This document shows positions 57,450 through 64,000 of a DNA stretch of 64,000 nt, piece after piece. The translations under genes were made by a program, and so were the position numbers. The notes beneath the pieces are model-generated. The model saw nothing but the letters and a program-made list of their open reading frames with translations, did not search any database and was not told the DNA's origin. Location: the NCBI GenBank assembly GCA_964449265.1, contig CAYVAG010000002.1, positions 1,369 to 65,368 on the forward strand. The letters run 5' to 3'. Every line of letters begins with the position of its first letter. The stretch's first letter is position 1. This DNA comes from an uncultured Candidatus Peribacteria bacterium (lineage in GTDB: Bacteria; Patescibacteriota; Gracilibacteria; BD1-5; UBA2023).

Positions 57450-58751
57450 ATGCGAAAAAACCTCATAAAACAAGGTGAAGAACACCTCAAATACGAGATC
57501 CGAGAGATCGTCGAGATCGGGAAAAACATCGAAAAACGCGGGATCGAAAAAATGATCTGGGAGAATATCGGTGACCCTGTAGCGAAGGGTGAGCGTATCC
57601 CGACATGGATGAAGGATATCGTGAAGACCGCCTGTGACCAGGACAAGACCTATGCCTATGCTCCGACAAAGGGAGACATCGAAGCGAGAGAATTCATCCT
57701 CGATCACTACTCCGATCGTCGTGTCTGTACGGTAGAGGATATCATATTTTTCAATGGCCTCGGTGAAGCGATCAATAAGATATTTGCCAATCTCTCTTCC
57801 CATGTCCGTGTCATCGGGCCCAATCCGACATATCCCTCTCATGCGACTGCTGAGGCGATGCACCATGACGGAGAACCGATCACCTACTCACTCCGTATCG
57901 AATCCGACGGTCGTATCGACCTCGAAGAGCTCGAACGAAAAGTGAAGTACAACGAGAATATCGCAGGAATACTGATCATCAATCCGAACAATCCCACAGG
58001 AGTCGTCCACCCACGAGCCGACCTCATCGAAGTCGTGCGTATCGCGAGGGAGAATAAGTGTTTCCTCATATTCGACGAGATCTATCAGAATATCGTCTTC
58101 GACCGATCGAAGATCACTCGTCTCTCCGATATAGTCGGTGACGTACCCGCGATTTCTATGAAAGGAATCTCGAAGGAGATACCCTGGCCAGGTGCTCGCT
58201 GTGGCTGGATCGAGGTGTACAATGCTGATAAAGATGAGAGTTTCCGTGCGTATATCCACTCGATCCTCGTCTCGAAGATGCTCGAGGTCTGCTCGACGAC
58301 TCTCCCTCAGGTCATCTTCCCGAGTATCGTGAAACACGCAGAGTACCAGACATTTTTCCAATCCCGTATAGACAAGTATGAGAAACGTCGAGATCAGGCA
58401 CTTGCGATCTTCGCGAAGACGAAATACCTCAATCCTCTCTCTCCAGAAGGAGTGTTCTACCTCACGGTTCCCTTCTCTGAGATGACGAAGTTCATGACTC
58501 CGAAACACCTGGAAAGTAAGACCAAGGAAATCCGACTCTACCTCGACTCGGTCGAGACTGACAGTATGCGCCGAGATAAGCGCTTCGCCTATGAGCTCAT
58601 GGGAAGTGAGTGAGTGTGCGTCGTACCACTCTCAGGATTCTACTCTCCAGTCGACGGATTCCGCATGACGCTTCTCGAAGAAGACGAGGGGCTATTTCTC
58701 GATACCTGTGAGCGGATCGTGCGAGGGATAGAGGGATTTTATAGAGGATAG
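57450..58751 (+). CDS. Class I/II PLP-dependent aminotransferase (alanine/aspartate aminotransferase type)
   Basis: INPNNPTG, SKEIPWPGARCGW (PLP-Lys region). Continues past TGA 58611-58613 to TAG 58749-58751. Confidence 0.88.
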
Positions 58752-58785
58752 ATGTGATCTCTCCGAAAAATAGTCTCAGTATGAA
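58663..58785 (+). repeat. Direct repeat A: last ~30 codons of the aminotransferase plus ~35 nt downstream
   Basis: Partner at 59326-59439. Includes an 18-nt identical core atacctgtgagcggatcg (58702 and 59354). Confidence 0.75.
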
Positions 58786-58791
58786 CTGAGC

Positions 58792-58817
58792 AGTGCTCTC
58801 TCAGGGGCACTTTTTTC
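58792..58817 (+). terminator. Terminator of the aminotransferase gene
   Basis: agtgc...gcact stem followed by TTTTTT. Confidence 0.45.
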
Positions 58818-58929
58818 TTGTCTTGGTTTTGTCTTTGATCTTGCATATATTTTGACTATCCTTTTTCTCTGACGAAGTATGATTCTATGTTATATTTCTC
58901 AGGGTACTTATTATTAATTCTCCACACCT

Positions 58930-59253
58930 ATGACAACAGATTCGACAAAGACTCCGATAGTAGACGGTATAGTATTATGAGCAGGGGTAATAGCTGCTTG
59001 AGCGGCTCTCTATGCATTATTTAATGCTAAAGAAAATACTCCCAAAGTAAAAGAGTGGGCTATGAATATGGAGCAGGAAATCATAAAGAAAATCGATACG
59101 GTCAAAGATATGACAGAGCCCGTCCTTGCGAAAATCATAGATGAAGTAAAGGAAAAATATGAAGCTATGAAGGATATCGATAAAGATGAACTCAAAAAAA
59201 CGGTAGATACACTCCGTGATCATTGGTCTTCAGTGATTAAGTCAAAAAAATAG
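58930..59253 (+). CDS. Small YtxH-like membrane-anchored helical protein
   Basis: N-terminal TM (IVL-G-AGVIAA-G-AALYALF) followed by a Lys/Glu/Asp-rich helix. Extends track ORF 59062-59253 upstream through 2 TGA. Confidence 0.55.
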
Positions 59254-59267
59254 TCTATAATACGATA

Positions 59268-59293
59268 AAAACTCTCTTTTTCAGAGAGTTTTT
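59268..59293 (+). terminator. Rho-independent terminator
   Basis: aaaactctc / gagagtttt hairpin followed by a T-run, 15 nt after the stop. Confidence 0.6.
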
Positions 59294-59325
59294 ATCTATT
59301 TTCTGGAGAATCGTCGATAGCCTTG

Positions 59326-59439
59326 CATGAAACTTCTGAGGTATTATTCCTCCATACCTGTGAGCGGATCGAGAGAGGGATAGAGAGGTTTTATAGAGTA
59401 TAAATTTGATTTAAACTTAAAAATAGTTATAAGTATGAA
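59326..59439 (+). repeat. Direct repeat B: decayed copy of the aminotransferase 3-prime end
   Basis: Would encode ...EVLFLHTCERIERGIERFYRV-stop, against ...EGLFLDTCERIVRGIEGFYRG-stop in the real gene. Lacks a 10-nt stretch present in copy A. Confidence 0.75.
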
Positions 59440-59848
59440 AAATTATAACTATTTCTCATGGACTTCCGGTGAAAAACTCTTATAGAAAGTGGCGTACCTC
59501 CACATTATTGTTTAGTCTGAGCAAACTTTTCGAAAAACTCGGATTCTTCGAGAGTATGCCACTCATAGATATCCCCTTTCACTTTCTCTGAGGATTTCTC
59601 ATCGCTCGAGGTCTCGATATGATCACAGTGAAAAACTCAAAACCAAGTGGATACTCTCGTGAGTAGGGCTCGTCGGAATACTCTGGGAGATATATGAAGT
59701 GCTTACCGGTATCCCTGGATCTGGAGTGACTTTCAATACGATGCAAGATATCTTCATGGATATATTATGAGGTACGGCTTATGGTATGGGAAGAAGAGAG
59801 TCTCCGACTCCTCAGAAAGTACAGAAAATACTTTCAAGTACTGAATAA

Positions 59849-60523
59849 CTAGTAAGAAGAGAGTAGTATATCTACAGCTTCTGTGGCCTTCTTTTGATGA
59901 TCGTCTAGTACCGAAGGGACTATCATCATCACATCTTCGAGTGCTACCATAAATCCCCTGAGTACACGAGTCTCTATTTCTCCTGTATAGTCTTCTTGAA
60001 GCATGCCACGTACTCAGGAGAGGTACTGTCGAACAGTACTAAATTCTTTTTGTCATATTATTCGAGCATAACTTTCTATAAATACCACACTTGCATTCCA
60101 GAGCTCTTCACTTCGTGTGCGTAGAGCGACGTGGAGGGAATAATAACCACTTACATCTTCGTATTTATCATCTCACTTTTCACGAGATACTGTTTCGAGA
60201 TTTTCTATAACCATGCGTACCTCTAATATCGCGGTACGGAGCGTATCGATGGGCTTCAGTATTTCTACCTCAGGATTGTCAGGATAGTAGGAGGAAAGAT
60301 TTTCTGACATAGTTTTTTAGTGATCGAGACCTATAGATTTCGGAAAATTCTGAATATATTCTAAAACATTTAGAACCCTATCATGATGCATACTCACGGT
60401 AGCAAGAGCTCATACTGCGACAAGTGCAGCGAGTGCCTTACTCACTATCTTTCCCCGCTCACCAAGCTGTGTATGTCCAGGGATTTCATTGACTCTATTA
60501 TAAGAGGGTTTTTGTGTATTCAT
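59849..60523 (-). CDS. Hypothetical protein, divergent from the DUF2130 gene
   Basis: Code-25 frame of 225 codons: MNTQKPSYNRVNEIPGHTQLGERG...DHQKKATEAVDILLSSY. Five TGA. ATG at 60523, TAG at 59849-59851. Confidence 0.5.
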
Positions 60524-60615
60524 GAGAGTATTTTATCATGATTGTATTTTTCGTCAAGCGAAAATTTTCTCATATTTTTTCTTTGTGAAAGGAGAGAACT
60601 CACTATAATAGGAAA

Positions 60616-61785
60616 ATGACCACACAAAACCTCATCACCTGTCCGCAGTGCGGGCACACCTTCTCCCTTTCTGATGTGCAGAAGCACGAGCTCGAAGAGA
60701 TGCGCGAAAAGATGAAGCTCGAAGTCGAAGCCGATATGAAGAAGAAGGCTTTTGGCTGGGCACAGGAAGAGATCCGCAAGGCGAAGCTCGAAGCCGATGA
60801 AGCGAGCAAGAAGATGGCGATAGAGAATGAATCTCTGAAAAAATTCGAGCTCGAAGCCCGCGCGAAAGAGATGGAGTTCTATAGGAAATCTCAGGAATTC
60901 GAGCAGATCCAGAAAAATCAGCTCTTCGAGATCGAGAAGGCGAAAGCCGAAGAACGCAAAAAAGTCGAAGAAGAGAGCAAGAAACAAGCCGAAGAGCGTG
61001 CCAAATTCGAATGAGAGAAGATGAAGCTCGACTACGAGAAGCGTATGGCAGAGATGCAGAAACAGCTCGAGATGACTCAGAAAGCTGTGGAGGATGCCAA
61101 TAGAAAGGCGAATCAGTGAAGCATGCAGATCCAATGAGAGATCCAGGAAGATGCTCTGAAGGAGCTACTACAGTCGAATTTCTCGAACGACACTATATCT
61201 GATGTCGAGAAGGGGAAGAAGTGAGCGGACGTCATCCAGGAAGTCCGCAACGAGTGGGGACAATCGGTCGGGATCATGGCATGGGAGTCGAAAAATACGA
61301 AAGCCTGGACAGAGAGCTGGATCGACAAGCTGAAGGAAGATCGCCTCCGCGCCAATGCGGATATCTCCATCCTCGTCTCTGCGGTGCTACCGAAGGGAGT
61401 AGAGAAATTCGGCCTGTACAAGGGTATCTGGGTCGTCGAGTGGGGATACGCGCTTCCTGTCGCTATCATGCTCCGCTCTCAGATCGAGTCTATGGCGCAC
61501 CTGAAGACCTCGCTCGTCTCGAAGGATGAGAAGATGGAGACTCTCTACAACTATCTCACGAGCCCGAAGTTCCGCGATAAAGTGGAGAATATCATCGACG
61601 CCTTCCGGCAGATGAAAGACCAAGTGGAAGAGGAACGTCGAGCCTTCGAGAAACGCTGGAAGACCCGAGAGCAACTCCTCGAACAAGTCATCAAAAACAC
61701 GAGCGGTATGTATGGTGATCTCGGATGAGTGGTGGGCGCGAAGCTTGGGAAGGTGGAGTATTTGGAACTTGGAGATGGATTATAG
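60616..61785 (+). CDS. DUF2130-family protein: N-terminal zinc ribbon, long coiled coil, C-terminal PD-(D/E)xK-like region
   Basis: ITCPQCGH; Lys/Glu coiled coil; ADVIQEV...IMAWESKNTK (D...ExK). ORFs 60616-61014 and 61276-61728 share frame 1. TAG at 61783-61785. Confidence 0.75.
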
Positions 61786-61799
61786 AAACCTTTTAAAAA

Positions 61800-62678
61800 A
61801 TGTCTCATAAAAAAATTACATTTATCGACCTATTCGCCTGAATTTGATGATTTCATTTGGCATTTCATAATCTAGGAGGAGAATGTTTGTTTGCATCAGA
61901 ATGGGATGAGAATGCTCGTAAAACTTATGAACATAATTTTAAATGAATATCGAAGGGGTTATTCGAAAAAGGGAATTTTGCTGGTGATATAACAAAAGTT
62001 GATGAAAAACTCTTACCAGATTTCAATATTCTTTGTGCAGGATTTCCATGCCAACCATTCTCACAGGCATGATTTAAAAAGTGATTTTCTGAGGCGAGAG
62101 GCACGTTATTTTTTGATATCGTAAAAATTATTAAAGAAAAACAACCTGAAGCATTTTTTTTAGAAAATGTGCGTCACCTTCTAAAGCACGATGACTGAAA
62201 AACATTTGATACAATTAAGAGAATAATAGAAAATGAATTGTGATATTCCTTTTTTTATAAAATAGTAAAGGCTTCAGATTTTTGACTCCCCCAAAATCGA
62301 CCGAGATTATTTATGGTTTGATTTAAAGATAAAAATATAGATTTTAAATTTCCTGAACCTACATGAACTGAGCTTACTATGTCAGATATATGGTGATGAG
62401 ACTGTCCTAAGAAAATTGGATTTACTCTAAGGGTTTGATGAAGAGGATCGGCCATAGATGATAGAAGAAATTGGGATTCATACATCGTGAATGGCGAAAT
62501 CAGGCGACTTACAAGTAAGGAATGAAAAAAAATGCAATGACTTCCTAGTAGTTTTCACTTTCCTGTATCTGAAAACCAGGCAATGAAACAACTTTGAAAC
62601 TCTGTTGCAGTTCCAGCAATTCAAGCTGTTGCAAAGTCTATTATTAATCATTTAAAAAATGTCAATAAAAGCAAATAG
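61800..62678 (+). CDS. dcm: DNA (cytosine-5)-methyltransferase
   Basis: Motif I DLFA-G-I-G-G-F (three TGA, 61839-61850). Motif [10 protein letters not shown]. Motif VI ENV. Motif VIII QNRPR. Motif X GNSV. 18 TGA in 293 codons. No standard-code ORF is reported here. Confidence 0.92.
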
Positions 62679-63744
62679 AGGTGAGTGGAGTGAACTTTAT
62701 GCATTTCTAAAAATACTTTGTGATGGAAAAATTCCTGCAGCAGATAAAAATTTAAAGGAAATAACAGATAAATACTTCATTTTTCATAAAATTATTAGAG
62801 AGGATGTTTTATGAATGAGAAAAATATACCATATAGAAAACTTAAGTCGTATTCAAATAGAGACAGAATCTAGTGAATGAAATTCGTTGACAATATTTAC
62901 TGATTCTAATCTTCCCACTAAAACAAGAAGAATTTTTGAAAAAATAAGAGACTGAGAGTGAAGAACTTTTTCTATACCTGATGCTGAATTACTGATGAAA
63001 GATTTAGAGTGTAAAAAAGTTAAGGCAGATCCGACACTAAAAGCCGATTTAGTTGGTATTATTGAGGACAGGATTTCATCAACACTGCAAGAATTATGAT
63101 TTTCGATCAAATCAATGGTATGAAGTGCCTCAACATTATTTAACGCTGGCGATACTACTAATTTTATATTTAAAGTTACTTGATTTAAGGGCAATATAAG
63201 TGATATTAATACTATTAAATCGAGATCAAAGATACGCGATCGCGTAAAACATATCGAAAGGGCATGATGAAAATTCGAATTTAAGAAAGTAAAAAATCCA
63301 ACTTTTGCTGGTAATTTAAGAAAAATAGATAGTGTTTTTCTTAAGATCATAGCTTCTATGCTCTATGATTTTTTTACAGGAAAATGAACAACAATACAAG
63401 AATTAACATCAGGATTGAATGATAATAAAAAACTATGAGAAGAATATGGATTTACGCCTAAAGACTACGAATTAAAGATAAAGAATTTTCTCGATGCAAT
63501 TGCCTTAGGAATGATTCCATCAGAAGAGTGGGAGTGAATTAGCCTCGCAAAATGATGATACATTGTAGTTCGAGATGATGGTTCAATTGTTTGTTATCAT
63601 TTGTATAATAGAGACGAGTTTCGTGATTATTTATTTGAAAATACAAAATTTGAAACTGCGAGTAGCACAAGACATGGATTTTGAACTTTATATGAGGAAG
63701 ATTGAGAACTACTCTTTAATTTAAACCTGCAGATTAGGTTCTAA
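62659..63744 (+). CDS. Type II restriction endonuclease, HpaII-family-like
   Basis: [26 protein letters not shown]-terminus, recalled as typical of the HpaII family. 362 codons with 16 TGA. Overlaps the methyltransferase end by 20 nt. Very AT-rich. Confidence 0.7.
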
Positions 63745-63815
63745 TTAAATTTCTTTTGACTTCCAATACACTTTCTATATACTTGATAAGTCAACTATTT
63801 ATTAAGTATATTTCT

Positions 63816-64000
63816 ATGTCATCACTCTCCCCTACCCTTTCATTTTTCATCTCACTCTCTCGTATAGAGACGGTACTCGCGCGCAGGCTCGATGCCAGAC
63901 TCGGCGGACTCGGATGGTCGGACTTCCTCATCCTGTATGCCCTCTCGGTTGCACCAGAGGGTCGTATGAGACGGGTCGATCTCGCGGATACGATCGGACT
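63816..64000 (+). CDS. MarR-family transcriptional regulator, 3-prime end outside window
   Basis: MSSLSPTLSFFISLSRIETVLARRLDARLGGLGWSDFLILYALSVAPEGRMRRVDLADTIGL. Confidence 0.7.
   Translation, partial: MSSLSPTLSFFISLSRIETVLARRLDARLGGLGWSDFLILYALSVAPEGRMRRVDLADTIG

Noticed and set aside
60520-61134. 204-aa standard-code ORF on the minus strand
   Set aside because: It is antisense to the DUF2130 gene. Its Leu/Phe/His-rich repetitive translation is the mirror image of the Lys/Glu coiled coil on the plus strand, and the plus-strand frame has family motifs. The same shadow explanation covers these track ORFs:
- 48448-49311
- 57888-58508
- 57333-57866
- 21782-22432
- 5205-5681
- 7598-8185
- 34090-34713
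- 16116-16622
- 51441-52007

Overview
All coordinates and translations here were worked out by hand from the sequence; no database search was run.

**Genetic code.** The window makes sense only under genetic code 25 (UGA = Gly). It is therefore most likely from a Candidate Phyla Radiation bacterium of the Gracilibacteria (BD1-5) or Absconditabacteria (SR1) type. In the supplied standard-code ORF track almost every conserved gene is cut at TGA codons that sit on family-invariant glycines:
- glutamate dehydrogenase: GGGK-G-G
- Rossmann motifs: GxGxxG
- PPK2: AAGKGG
- helicase Walker A: GSGKT
- C5-methyltransferase motif I: FAGIGG
- the prepilin cleavage-site Gly

After joining fragments across TGA, every gene I rebuilt ends in TAA or TAG, and the window is densely coding on both strands.

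**Core genes:**
- Replication and DNA: dnaA with a candidate oriC, dnaB, and a polymerase-domain-only polA.
- Translation and RNA: rplS, gltX, tRNA-Phe, rsmI, trhO, rimO, tsaE, ybeY, hpf.
- Cell wall: ddl, murB, mltG, pgeF.
- Metabolism: gdh, pta, ppk2, two aminotransferases.
- Membrane proteases and regulation: rseP, prsW, an ECF sigma/anti-sigma pair, and an orphan histidine kinase.

**Surface and accessory content:**
- a type IV pilus-like operon: PilN/PilO-like proteins, PilC and four pseudopilins
- a separate major pilin with a near-consensus promoter, next to an 841-aa lamin-tail/PKD surface protein
- a vWA/TPR/DUF4012 cluster with a divergent TrbC/VirB2-like gene
- a RelE-type toxin-antitoxin pair
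- an SF2 helicase carrying four C-terminal tandem repeats
- a defence island: hypothetical gene, DUF2130 nuclease-like gene, C5-methyltransferase and HpaII-family endonuclease
- several visibly AT-rich single-gene inserts

**Most notable observations:**
1. A single-frame fusion of a ferric-reductase-type membrane domain, a rubredoxin and an FNR-type flavin module.
2. Three separate cases (trhO, an aminotransferase, tRNA-Phe) where an intact gene is followed by a short insert and then a decayed copy of that gene's own 3-prime end.
3. The helicase with a repeated ~80-aa module that I do not recognise.
4. Restriction-modification and orphan genes that use TGA-Gly far more densely than core genes.

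No rRNA genes or CRISPR arrays were seen.
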